Positions 11,871 through 25,600 of a stretch of DNA of 64,000 nt are shown here, in pieces (position 1 is the stretch's first letter; each line of letters begins with the position of its first letter). The notes beneath the pieces were generated by a model that did not search any database, was not told the DNA's origin, and saw only the letters and a list, made by a program, of their open reading frames with translations. The DNA is from Lingula anatina (lineage: Eukaryota > Animalia > Brachiopoda). Both the position numbers and the translations under genes were made by a program. The stretch covers positions 6,200,001 to 6,264,000 of the forward strand of contig CM120641.1 in NCBI GenBank assembly GCA_051362555.1, in the 5' to 3' direction.

Positions 11871-14434
11871 ATGACAGAATTTTCAGCCAACAACTATATT
11901 AAATGTGTTGTCGTCGGAGATGGTGCAGTAGGAAAAACATGCATGCTTGTCAGTTATGCTACCAATAAATTTCCACAAGATCACGTCCCCACTGTTTTTG
12001 ATAATTATGCAGGTAAGACTTCAAATCCTACTTATTGTGTTGGAGTCTTTAACAGTCACGTGCACATATATTTTAGATAGTAGGGCCTATTGCCTAAATT
12101 GGTCGTCAGCAGAAATGTCGATATAAGAATAAAGTTGCGCGAAATGTACTTAAATCCGGACTTATTTGATTTAGACTACAGTATATTTGACATTGAATAC
12201 AGGCAGTTAGTTTGACTGATTACAAATTGTGATTTTCACAAACACTGCAAGTTTCAAATCATGGGTGTTTGATAAAGAGTTGTGAACATCTCTTTTTCTT
12301 TTCAGTGAATATTGAAATCAGAGGGACACCATATATATTAGGTTTATTCGACACAGCCGGACAGGTAAGATGTTTCTCTGATATTTCCCCGATCTCTACC
12401 CCGTAGGGGAGACCGGGGCTAGTTGGCCCAGTTAGACACTTTTGGCCTTGTACAAGTTGTAGAGCCAACTAGGAATGGGTGAGAGTAACAAAAACGGTTT
12501 CAAAGTAAGCCCCATGATCTAAGTTACGTATGCAACGTCATTATTTTTCAAATATAATGCCAGACAGCTCACAATTTGACAAAAAACGCAGCTGACGTCG
12601 AGGGGGCCAACTTGCCCCACCACGGGGCAAGTTGGCCCCAGGGTCGGGGCAAGTTGGCCCCCCTATACGAAAATGAAGTATTTATCCCATGTAAACGCCT
12701 TGAAATACATTTTTATAAATTTTTTAATTTATTAAATTGATTTTTTAGAGTCTTTGTTGAATAAATAGTTAAAATGAGGCGGATTTATTGAGGTTTCCGT
12801 ACGTCACGTTGTTGGGGGGGGGGGGGGGGTATGTGTTGCAAGAACCCAAATATCTATCAATAAAATTTGTTTTGTTTTAATTAAGAATAAATTAATAATG
12901 GTATAAAACAGGTTTTTAATGAATGAAAACGAATAATAAATTTTCGTTTTAAAAGAAAGTAACAAATTTAGTTTTAAACCACTGAGTTTGTTTCAACAAT
13001 GGTCTCCAGATAGCTAGGGAGGGGTGGAAAATCCCCTTGCTAAAGGGGAACATGTAACATTATAAATACAAAGGGAATCCCCTTACAATGAATTAAAGCA
13101 AAATAAATGTTTTTCTAAGGAAAGTCCAATGGATTTGCTTTTAAATACAAACAATCAACAGAACATTTCTAATATAATTTTTTTCGAAAAGACACCAGAA
13201 GGCAAATTAAATAAAATCAATCAGGCCATATAAAAAACACCGGTAAGCTTTGTCAATTTCACCAACTTGTTTATTTCAAACAGCGTTGCACGCAAAGGAT
13301 TGTGGGTAATATGAGGGTCCAACTTGCCCCCAGTCAAGGGGGCCAACCCTACCCCGGGTGCACATTATTTATTTTAAAGGATGGCAGCCATTTATGATGC
13401 TAGAATGAGCAACGATGATACATCGCTATGAAACTTGAAACAATCAGCTTCAGTTTGATGCCCTATACATACCTTATATTCGATCAGAAGCCTCTGAAAA
13501 TAGATTTTTAAATCTCTTAAACAAAATTACTTTTAGGTGCAAAAATCGTTTGTTTCGACTCACCGCTTAAGTAAAACTTTTTAACGTCCGACACTTCCAT
13601 AGCATTGTAGGCTACGGTCACTTTACAAGAGTATGTGGCCAATTTTTTTACCTCGCAGTTACTTTTTCATAAATTGACGGGGGGCCAACTTACCCCGGGG
13701 TCCAACTAGCCCCGGTCTCCCCTATCATGCAAATAACATAGCCATACTTTAAAAAGATGAGTGTTTATAATGACCTCAGGAAAGTTTTAAGTAAGTTTTA
13801 GTTTGAAATATATTGCACGGTTAATTGGTCTACTGATTAAAAGATATTTAAGTTTTTGCCGTGAATCATACAATATACCACAAGTGCGTATATAGTGTAT
13901 GCATGTAACTAATAGTCAGCAAAATAATACCAGCTTGAGCATTTTCAGTTTCTATTTTTAAGTCGAGGTACTTTCTAAACGTCAATTACACGTGGAAACG
14001 TATTTTCTCTAACATTCCAGGAAGACTACGACAGGTTGCGAGTCCTTGCGTATCCCAGCTCCGACGTATTCTTGGTCTGCTTCTCGGTAGTCAATCCTAC
14101 TTCTCTTATCAACGTTGAAGAAAAATGGGTACCCGAGCTGCGACAACACATGCCAAACACACGATTTATTCTCGTAGGGACCCAAGTTGATTTGCGCGAT
14201 GACATGAATACAAATTACAAGCTGCAAAAAGACAAGCAGCGTTCAGTTACTTTTGCGCAAGGAGAAAAAATGGCGAAGAAAATAGGAGCTGAACTGTATT
14301 TAGAATGCTCAGCGCTCACTCAGCGCGGACTTAAGGCAGTTTTTGACCAAGCAATTCTGACTGTTTTGAATCCAAAACCAGAAAAAACAAAAAGTTTAAA
14401 AAGAAAATTTAAAAAAGCGTTAGTGTGTTGGTAA
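11871..14434 (+). CDS. Rho-family GTPase paralog C (most RhoJ/RhoQ-like)
   Basis: Exons 11871..12012, 12306..12364, 14021..14434. Motifs [57 protein letters not shown]. Polybasic tail [11 protein letters not shown]. Confidence 0.95.
12406..13722. mobile_element. Non-autonomous TA-target DNA transposon (Tc1/mariner-pogo-like MITE) in intron 2 of Rho paralog C
   Basis: Perfect 21-bp TIRs ggggagaccggggctagttgg / ccaactagccccggtctcccc, with TA on both sides (12404-05, 13723-24). Multiple internal ggggccaacttgcccc subterminal repeats; no transposase ORF. Confidence 0.9.
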
Positions 14435-15815
14435 AGTGGCATCAACTACAAATAAGCTGTCCTTTTCTTGGTTTTCTAGTCATTCCTAAACATTATTAGG
14501 AAATATTTATTCGTCAGTACAGTTTTCTTGACTGATGAGATCTTTTTTGTTAAATAGATGCAAACAGAACTGAGGTGTAGACCTAGACATGTTGTACAGT
14601 TCAGAACTCATATAAGGGTCAATGATATAAATAATGCCTGCAAACTAGGCCTATTAGTATTTGTTAGCAGTGACTTGAATCGCAGATCAGTAGATAGCAA
14701 TTTAACTGGAGAGGGGGGTGTTCAAAATATTTTCATGCGAAAATTTAAATAAATTTTACTGATAAATATATCTTTTGATGTGTTTTGTTTTTTGTGACAC
14801 TTGAAGCTAAGTATATATTTCTTTTGTCTCCGCTGTTTCTTGATACTAAATAAGAGTAAAACATCGCGCCATTGCCTTTGATGATTCTGCAAAATAATAA
14901 GAACTAGTGATACAGTCGTACAACGGTTCAGGCAGCCTGAGAAGAAAAATGTGAACGCGAAATGGGTTCAAAATCTAAAAGAGATGAACGCATTTGGGTT
15001 CATGTTAAATTTGACCATTTTTAAAGTCATCTTGAAGGTCGTGTTACGTTTACCCTCCCCTCCGTCGATCTTCCCACCTCACCCCATACACGTTTACAAA
15101 CCGTTTGCCATCATTTGGGTCCAACATTTTCTAGCTATGGATAGCATACCAAGCACCATCGCAGGGAACTATAGTCAAGAACGCTATTGAGTGGGGTTGG
15201 GCTACCCTTTACCAGGATCAGACATTGATTTTTTTCACTAGATATTTACAGGTGTCTTCTTGACAGAAAAGTGCAAAGCATAGACAGGCCCACCAGTGGA
15301 TGTATTTTCTACTTTAGTAAAAATAAACTAGATCGATTGAAGAATGTGAGATGGTTCTGCAAGTAACAGTAACGAAGGTTTAAAATTAAGTCAATGCTAT
15401 ATTATTTTGTGTGAGGACAGATAAATCTAGTGATTATTATTTTATATTTTAAGTTGGTAGACTGATGTGAGTAAAGTTCCACTTGGCCAAACAATTCTTC
15501 CGCTCACTTTTTTCAAATAAAATAAATAACTGTTAAATAGACCCATACACTGTGAGTCAGTGGTAGCAAGTATGTCGTATTCACCAACTGTGTTTACATA
15601 ATGCCTCGTAGCTGACCGCATACAACCTGCACACAACCTGCAGCCGAGGACAATGTTGACACCGTCCGGATCCGGTATAGTACGTCGGCCAGGTCGGCTT
15701 GTGTCAAGTTGAAACGTGGCCAATTAGGCTCACGAGGGCAAATCCGACTGTCGATTATAGCACATATTAAAAATAAAACACCACGCACTTTCTATTCAGT
15801 CTGACTTGTATTAAC

Positions 15816-16056
15816 AATGGTGGATATGAGGAAGGAGGGGGGGGGGTTCTATTTTTCAGATCCCCCCTTCAAATAAATAAATAAATAAATAAATAAATAA
15901 AACAGAAAAATGAGCCAGGAATAATTAAGCGATTTTCCATAAATCTGCTGTACATATTATAAGCCCCATCGAAAGTATTATAATAATATCAGCAAAACCC
16001 AGACCAAAAATGTTTATCCTTGTATTCCTCTCTAAAAAAATCTGGATCCACCGTTG
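15816..16056. mobile_element. Degenerate short TIR element upstream of GNMT
   Basis: caatggtggat... and ...ctggatccaccgttg form an imperfect inverted pair enclosing poly-G, cccccc and (aaat)n. A similar, weaker pair lies at about 17188-17352. Confidence 0.35.
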
Positions 16057-16397
16057 AAATTTAACATCGATCAAGGTGGGATTACTCCCATGAAGGCGCT
16101 TTATATTTAATGCACAATTAGTAAAACAGGCGAAAATCATTGTGACAATCAAAGGTGTTCGATTTTTCAATATACATTTGTCGACATGCGGAACGCCCAA
16201 AATAAACCCCCAAAATTGTCAACAACAGGTATGTGCTTACTTCTCACTGGCTGGGGGTGGTCCTAGCCAGTGCAATGCAGTTGCGGTGACGAACAATAAC
16301 AAAAACACCTCTGATCAAGCGGGCTCAGTCAGAAAGTAGATTCTGTTCGAGTAAGCGTGTAGCAGAGAAGTCTGTCACTGCAGAAATCATCAACAAA

Positions 16398-19300
16398 ATG
16401 GTTGATAGTATTTACCGTACTCGTTCTCTCGGAGTGCCCGCTGAGGGTCTGTCTGACCAGTATGCTGACGGGAAAGCGGCCAGGGTTTGGCAGTTGTACA
16501 TCGGCTGTAAACAACAAAGAACGTCGCAGTACAGCGAGTGGTTATGCAACCTGTTGAGAAAAAAAGGTTGCAGCTCGGTGCTTGATGTTGCTTGTGGAAC
16601 CGGGTAAGAGAGATGTGAATTGTACACACGTGATGCATCTAATAAGTGAAACCTTGTTTATCAATAAGCAATTCCCAGAAATAAAATGCACGCTCAAGTC
16701 TGTTCATTTTTATTTGATTGCAGAGAGGGGCTTTCCCCAGGTTATTTCTATTTTTAAAATTCTGTGAGTGTTTTATACCAACACTACGATCATTCAAATG
16801 TGTCCTAGTAGTTAGTGATATAAAATAAGTTTGCAAATGTGCTCAGTGATTGAAAGTGGGAATTCATTTTTTGTGAGAATTTTGTGAATTTGTATGGTTT
16901 GTAGCTGAATTGCTGTTTCTCGTAACCATATGCATGGACCATATTTGATCTATCCACGTAGATTGCATCAGAATAGGATCTAAACATTAAATATGCATAA
17001 TAGAAGGAGCAAAAAAAGCTGAGTCATTTTTAAAGGATAGGCACAACAAACGGATTTATTTCATGGCATATACAGTCAATTTGTGGTGCAATGGTTGTTA
17101 AATTAAGCATGATGCATTATACCAAAAAAAAAAAAAAAAATGCATTTATAGTTGTCAAAGAAAATGGGTTTACCTTCCATGCATGAGCAAGGGTGGATTT
17201 AGGCCGTCTTTTGGGTCTTCTGGAAATGCTCAGATTTTCAAGTTTTTATTGATGGGTATCTAATTTTTTCTGTCTGAAGACGGTCAAAAATGGAGGCTAG
17301 ATCAACAAAGAATTTGGAGGACTGTCAGAAAATGTCTCTGTATCTGCCTCTGCGTGAGTCCCAATTATTTTTTGTTCTAAATTTAACAATATTTCTTCAT
17401 TATTCCCACTACTAGAGTCGACTCAATCCTCCTCCTGGAAGAAGGCTTCAAAGTCACCAGTGTTGATGCCAGTGATAAGATGTTGAAGTTTGCTCTGAAG
17501 GAAAGGTGGAACAGACGCAAGGAAGAGGCATTTGATAATTGGGGTATGATTATAATATTGTGTGATTTCTTGGGGTAAGATTATGGTATTGTGTGACTTT
17601 CTTGGTCTTCTGTAAGCATTTCTTTGACCATTCTTATATATCATTCTTATCTGTCAGGACTTAAATGACAGATAAGGTTTTGTGTGCTAGCAAGGGTTGT
17701 CCATCTAGTTTTAAGCGGATCTGACCAGTAGTATTGAACATTACCTGCCCTTTGATTGCGAAATGATCCTAGATTTTGACAGTAAGTAACCGTGTACATA
17801 GCTAAACTGCTTATCAACCAAGGTGAGGAGACACCAGGGGTGGGGTCATGATTCATTTCCATGTATGCTTATAAATTGGTGTCCAGGGCAGGATTAAAAT
17901 AAAAGAAATGCTGAATCCTTTTAAAGTTCTCTCCAGTGTTAATCTGATAATTCTGACAATTTACAGTGGTGGAAGAAGCAAACTGGTTGACTCTAGCCGA
18001 GGATTTTGAGGAAATTCCACATCCAGAGGGAGGTTTTGATACAGTGATTTGTCTGGGAAACTCGTTTGCTCATTTACCAGACTTCAGCGAGGAGCAGAGA
18101 GAACACAGAATTGCTTTCTCCAATTTCTACCGGATGGTCAAGCCTGGAGGGATTTTGATCATAGACCATCGTAACTATGATGCCATCTTGGACACAGGCT
18201 CTGCCCCAGCCAAGAATATCTACTACAATGTAAGCAGAAGGATGGATGACCTCTTTTTAATTTATTTTATAAAAATATTTTTTCCCAATGTACGAAAATG
18301 GGTATTTTTGTGTTAACTGGTCTTGCTTTACTGTACCATTTACTTTTTAGATAGTGTGTGCGTATGTGAGTGAGTGAGATAATGTATTGTTCCTGGTAGG
18401 GGTAATGTCCTTCTTTAGTGCTTTCATTTGAAAAATTATCATTCATTTTTTCTATATCATCTGTTTTAAAGAGTGACTACATCAAAGACATCAAGACTTC
18501 AAACTTGTATGTGAATGGAAAACCTAAAATGGTGACTCTAGACTACTTCATGGATGTGTCTTCCCTCACCAAAGATAATCCAGATAAAGAGTGAGTAACT
18601 TAAAGATATACTACATGTATCACACGGCTGAACATTTGAAGTGTAATCTTTTTTGAGTTCTGGACTTATTTCTGTTCAAATATCCTTAAACATGTCATTG
18701 GGCTTTTTCACACCAAGCTTTGTATCTTAGCAAAGCACATTAGCAGTACAACTGCACTGGTTATATGTCTTGAGAGTTTGACAACTTAACAAGAGCCTGG
18801 GTTTTTCATAAGACACTCCCTGCTGGACACAGACGATTAACCAACTTCCACCTGAAATGCAGGACGCAAAGTAGTGGAGCACTTGTGAATAAGAGTCAAG
18901 TCCCCTGTAGCATAAATACATGGTAGAAACTCTCAAAACATGTCATCATCAAGATGTACCAGCTGTATTGCTAAGATATAACACTTGATGTGTAAACCTC
19001 TTAAAAGTTGCATTTTACATGAAAGTACATGTACTACTACAAGTAATTGCCTCTGTTCAACAATACATTTATATTGGAAGTATTAATAGAAGATTTTCCA
19101 CAGTTCAAATCAAACAATGAAAAGTCTCTAGAACTCTTATAGCATATATATATGAATGGGGCATTCAAATTGCAGTGGTTTGTGATAACAAGAAATTGTA
19201 TATGTTCTACATCCATTTAATATCAGTGTGATAACCACATGAACAGTCTCTAAATTTTCAACCAACTTTCTTTGGCTTATCTTTAAATTCCTTTAAATGA

Positions 19301-19561
19301 AATCAAGTTAAAAGTTGTGATTCTTGAAAATAATATAAATTGGAATGATTTGATCATCATCCTTTGAATTTTATTTTCAGATTTCAGACCCATTTCCGTC
19401 TGTCATACTATCCCCATCGTTTGAAGGCCTTTACTGGTCTTCTGAAGGAGGCATTTGGTGAAAAAGCTGAACATCAAGTGTTTGGAGATTTTAAAGAATA
19501 TGACCCTGAAGATACACCTGCATACTTCATCCACGTCATTCAAAGACCATTTGACGAGTGA
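16398..19561 (+). CDS. GNMT: Glycine N-methyltransferase
   Basis: Exons 16398..16603, 17416..17543, 17967..18229, 18472..18590, 19381..19561, in phase. Diagnostic [13 protein letters not shown]...[55 protein letters not shown]. Confidence 0.97.
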
Positions 19562-22500
19562 TGGAAAAAATAACATTAACGTAAAGAGACTGATAAATAG
19601 CATTACCTAAAGCATTTTTGCTAGTAAAGATGTGACAGTACGTGAGGCTGAAATACTAATTGGACCATACTGAGATTTCTGTCTATGACAGGTACAATTG
19701 TAAATATGAAAGTTACTTGTTTGTAAGCAGGGATAATATTAGGTTTGAGGAATATCCCTATATTACGGGAGTCCTTTGAATAATCTCATGTACAAATCTG
19801 CTGGAGTTGAAAAATGCACCTTCTGATAAAGCATGAAGGTGCCTGTGAGTTACTTTGATTACTGGACTGCTGCTGTTGCTTCATAATGATTGTTCAAGTT
19901 GTCTGTTCTGCATTACATTGTACATGTATGCTAATATATGTGGTAAGTAATTTTCAAAAAAATGTAAATAGATTGGAGGTTTCTTTGAAAAAGAAAAAAA
20001 TGAAATCATGTGTATATTTTGTTGGAAATGATTTCTTTGAAAAAAAAGTTAAATCGTGTACATTTTGTTGGAAGAAAATGTTTTTAAAATTATTGAAGTT
20101 GTTATTACAGACCAGTCGTTAATTTGGGTATAAAATTAGTTTGATATTCCGTGTTATAAATATATTTATTTTTGTGAAGGTGTTAGGCTTATTCAGGAAT
20201 GATGTCAACTGGGACCAAGAAATGATATCTATACATTGAAAACAAGAACTCAGTATTTCACTTCATTGTTTTACAACTTTTTTAATACCAGTAATAAATA
20301 ACAATAATGCATTTTTCCATGTCGCTCTTTTACAGCTGAAAAGCGCTCTGTTACACAAAGCTCAAATGCTACTCATTGTGTCCACTTAAAACAGCAGAGA
20401 GAATATCGACTTCTGTACATGTACGACCCTCATGTACATGTACATAAAAAATGTCTGCACATGTAACTGTCATGTCCATCCGGGTCTATTCACTGAGTTG
20501 AAACTAAAGCAAAATTATGCTGCCTACAATGATAACTATTCCAGCTAAGTACTGCATACTGTAATGTGGATGGTGATATGCGTACTTTCTCATAAATTCA
20601 AAGTCCTTCAAGTTTCAGTTACATTCAAATAACTTCAAAAAGACTTTATTCATCATGTGTAGATTATGGCAGTGGTTTTGTGGATATATGCATGCTTCTT
20701 GTGCACATACAGCAGTACATGACAACTTCTTACTGGTCTATATGCCAGTATGTGTATTACCATAAGCACATATTTATGCTAATACTTTGTACGTTAACAA
20801 GGCACTGCTACTGGCACCATTATTATGAGATCATACTGAATGCAGCTACAAATTGAACTAATTTTCTTTCTGAGTTGCACTTTTTTCAACCAATCTATCC
20901 TATGTAGTATTACACATTTTAGGAAGCAAATAATATTAAGATGACAGAAAGAAAGGGTTAAACTTTTTACATCCTTATGTCAATGTACAGAACTAACATT
21001 TACAAATCATTTCTATATTATTACACATGACATAACTCCACATGAAAAGCTCTTGCACAACCTCCATGAAGCCATTCAATCATAATTATTTCCATTTGTA
21101 CAAAAGCAACATTTCTTGTCACATGCACTTGTGGCATGACAACGGCAGTGGGGGAACATCAAGCAGCCCAGAGTAAATTGTACTTGAAGCACATTCATTA
21201 AATGTCTATCATATAAAATGATTAGATTAAATCTATACACATTTAAGAAAAAAATATAATATTTGAAAAAACTACCGATTCAGAATTGATCTCACTTCAT
21301 ATGAATGATTAAAGGAGCTGAGAAACAGATTTTAAATTGCATGTGGTGCATTGAAAAGATGGAGGCAAATGAAGTAGATAATAGGGTAAAAATTGTCCTA
21401 GTATAAATGATTATCAGTATAGAGGTTCGCTTGAACTACTAGTTCTAAACATTCTAGTACAAATGAATGAAACTTAAATTCCAGAAATTGTTATTCTTGT
21501 GTACAAAGCAATACATTCAGCTAATTTCCAAGGCAGGTGAAATATGCACTGCAAAATTCATTAAATGGATTAATCTAAGATTTGAGGAATATCACAGGTA
21601 TGGGAAGTTAAAAGGTAATAAGCTTTAGAGGTGTTAGTGACAAAACATGCAAGAATCTATATTTCTATCACCAAAACCAAGCAAGATAACAGAACAAACA
21701 GCATGCTAATAAATGCTTGTCCTCTTGATTTAATTAAAATTGTCAGAAAGAAAATTTCAAATGCTGATGGAAAACAGAAGTTTTAAACTTCAATGAAACC
21801 AAAGTTCCTTGCCCAACTGAATTCCAGTGATTAGTAGGTAATATACTACCATCAGTTCTTGGGTAGGTGACATCGGCGGTAAAAGCTGAAAATCAACAAT
21901 AAAGCACAGATACAACAGTGGACAGGTTGGCAAGGGAAAAACATGAAAGGAAAAGGTGACTTAAAAGTAAAATAACAAGTGGACTGTAAATAAAATGTAC
22001 GGATATGCATAATGGTAATGAGTGAAGGGGTACACACTGTTGCCCACTAAGCATGCAAGGCTTAAATTTTATTATTTTTTAAAGGTGAATTTACAGTGAA
22101 TATATAACAGATATCACTTAGAACAGTACCATCTTTGAAGTTACCATTTCTCACCAACTGGGCATGCAACTCCCTACTGTTGTGACCGATAGTACTGTTT
22201 TAAGTTAAACTGTAATAAGTGAACTGTAACTGCACCTTATTTTTATACATAAACCCATGACCTGAAGCAGGCATTTAGTGGCACAAATATAATAAAATTT
22301 ATGTTATTCCACACCTACAAGCAATCTATTTTGATAAATGATTTGTCAGTATTCTACGGCAATGGGGGAAGAACAAATAAATTAATTCCTCATAGTTTCA
22401 GTGGCTGACCATTTCAAAAAGAATATCATGGATCAATAACACTGTCAGTTTTTTTTATCAACTGAAATCTGGAGAGAACATGGTGCTTGGGACAATAATT

Positions 22501-22678
22501 TAGAATATCAAGGGTTTGTTTCAAAAATGAGGAAGCTTTAACCTAAGGAATAATCATAAATAAAAGCCAAGAAGATATAGATAAATACTTTTATCTTGAT
22601 TTTTGCAAAGAAATTTAGAAGAAAGCTGAATGCCAATAAAATGAGATCATTTGAAGAAAAAGTTTTGTTCCCAAAACT

Positions 22679-25600
22679 TCAGGATTCACTTTGAAATCTG
22701 GAAATAAGCTTTTTAACCCACCCTTTTCTCTCAACATAGGTGTCATCAACAGAGGACCTTTTGTTGTCTTGTTCAAACTCCTCTGAAAAAGAGGCTACAT
22801 CGTCCTCTCTTGGAATGCTGTGTCGACGTTTCATTTTCCATCCTTCTGTAAACCCAAGCAGTTCTTGAGTTCTCTCTTCAATTGATTTCTTTGGAATCTC
22901 TTCCAATTCTTTAGAAACAGTTTCTGTTTTTTTCACAAACTTTGTACATTCCTCCAGACCTCTGAGTCTCTCTAATATCCCTGAGCTGATATCAGGGGAA
23001 GCACAACTTTCGCTCCTGACAAATGTGGAATTTTCTTCTGACATTTTCACTTTTTCAGATATTGCAACAGTTTGGGTTTTAAGTTTGTCTTCTTGTGCCA
23101 GAGGGCAAGATTTGTTTTTCTCTACATTTTCAAAAGATCGCCATGCTTCAGTCACTGAAAAATGCCTTTCAGAATTGTCCTCGGAGCCCAATGTATTGAG
23201 TGAAGCAATATCCGTAAACACATCATCTAAATTGCTCTCTAGTTCTCTTTCATAAACACTCCCAGTATCCGAGGACTCTCCATCATCTGAACCACTGGCA
23301 TCCATGTAATCTGGATTAACCACATCAGACGGAGTGGAAACATAAAATGTTGACTGGCTGCCATAATGGTCCTTCCTATTTGTTTTGTTTTCACTGGCTG
23401 AGGTAGAGTCACCTGCTGGTTCCTCTGGTGTTTGTCTGGGAAGAGTATAGTTTCCCAGTCCAACTGGTTTTGCCTGTGCCATACGTGCCCCTATAGTGGA
23501 GCTGCCTGGTTTGCTCTCCTGGAGTAATTTTCTCAAATGTTTTGCACTCATGTCAGAATCTCGGCATTCAAATTTCCTGTTTGGAGGAGGTGTATGACTA
23601 GGTGGTTTCTGTTTTTGTTTGATTTTGGCACTGTATGTACGAGCTAAGGAATAAACAGAGGTGCTGACTCTTTTTTCCTTCTGTTTCCCTTCTGGCTGCT
23701 CCCCTTCAGATTCCTGGGATTTATTCCTGGACCTTGTTGGGCTGCCAAGGTCTGCCATACTGCTACGTGGTGATGTCACAGACATACGATGGGCTATTTT
23801 AGAGGTGAATCCTAGCACAGCGTTTTTGATAGACCCAACAATGCTCTCAGAGGAAGTATGCGCAGAAGATGTCCTGGAGTAGAGGTGTTTGGAACGGTGT
23901 GGACAAGGTTCCCCCTTTGAAGAATTATCCACCTGGTTCAATGATACTGGACGATGAGCCTTTGAGGCAAGGCCTCTATGACTGTATCCACAGTGACCAT
24001 GATCATCTCCCATGTCATGTCCATCGGAGAGTGACCTGGCCAGTTTTGGTTTAAGAGCCATCTTGTTCTCTATAACAGGTACTTGTTCCAGACTGCTGTG
24101 GGTCAGGGTTTCCCGGGGTGGGGTGGCATATCTCATGAAAATCCTCTTTCGGTGACGCTGTGTGATCTCCGCTGCCATGGTGGCAGCAGTTTCTCTGGGG
24201 GGTGTAGCATAGCGACATATAATCCGATGGTTTTCTTTCAATTTTGGTGAATCCCCTGCTAAAACTGCACTCTTATTCCCAAACATGAGGGATGTGTCTG
24301 AGAATTTCAGTGAATGCTTACTATTGGTGATATCTCCTTTTTGACAGAGTTCTTCAATGCTTCCATGTAGTGATGGGATAGAGTTTGACCTCTGGAGAGA
24401 AGGAGGTAAGGCAGATAGTGTTGGCTCTGGCTTATGGCTCTTTTTACTACTCCATGAGTCTTGTCTTTTAACCCACAAATTTCCAGACTGTTCCTTTTCA
24501 TTTGCTGCTTTAGAAACACTGTTCACAGCAGTGCCCAAGTCAGTGCAAGCACGACGGCCACCCCTTCGCTCATTTCTCCTATTTTTAAGTTTTGGGCTAT
24601 TTGGTAATGGTGTGAGCAGATCATTGATACTTTTGATATCTGCTGCAGTAAGTGTTGAAGTTGACTTTGATAATGGTGATGAGGTCACTGCCAGAGTTTC
24701 ATAAATCCCATCATCATCTTCATCATTTCGCAAGGTGGAGCCAGAGGTAAGAGAAGTTTGACTTCGACGGTTATCCAACATGGCTACCTCAACATAATCT
24801 CCATCATCATCATCATCACTAAATTCATCCTGATTAGTTCTGATGGAAGACTTGCTACTGCTTTGATATAAGCTATCTGAGCTTTTAGCATGGTTATTTG
24901 CGATTATCTCCATAGGCACTTGGGGCAAATCTTTGGAGCCTCGAGACTTTAAATTGATGTAGTCTCCATATGTATTAATCATTGCCAAGTCTACTTTTCC
25001 TGGTGCTATTATCACATTGGAGTATGGTGATTCCTCATCTTCTTCATCGGAATCAAAATTGAACTGGACTTTACCTTGATCATCATATGAGATATTCACA
25101 TAACCATCATCCATGACTTTAGAATTGGAGCGAGAAGATTCTGTGTGATAATCAGAATCGGTCTCCATACTTTCTGCTGACCTGGTCCTTTCTTTTGGCT
25201 TTCTCTGGAACCCATCACACTTATGACCGTCTTTCACAGTTGTGGAGTCCACACGGTTTAATTCTGTTGCTACTCTGAAGCTATCTGTGCGACTAGCTGA
25301 AGAATTATTGGCCCAGCCTTGCCCACCATTTCTTAGATTCTCAACCAATTCCTCACTGTCTAAGATTTGACTAATTCTCTTAGCCCTGGCGCTGGCATCA
25401 TCAAAACTGGTTGCCACAGCACCAGGCTCCTGAACAGACTGGCGTTTGCTGTCTTCTCCAGATGCCTTATCACTCAGTCCATCCTCCGTCAAACTTTCCA
25501 AACTACGACTAAGTCTCTTTGATGACTCTGACTTTACCCTAAGGTGGCTTCTACGCTTAACAACATCACCATCCTGAAAAATAACAAAAATTATGACAAA

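Noticed and set aside
12600-12662. Short repeated GC-rich units resembling a CRISPR array
   Set aside because: They are subterminal repeats of the MITE in both orientations, with no regular spacers, in a eukaryotic context with no cas genes.
15540-15740. GC-rich stretch with ccggatccgg palindrome resembling a transposon end
   Set aside because: No matching inverted partner or TSD found; possibly a repeat remnant, but not supportable.
23025-24704. Plus-strand ORFs opposite the large RhoGEF exon
   Set aside because: Antisense shadows of a Ser/Glu-rich coding exon.
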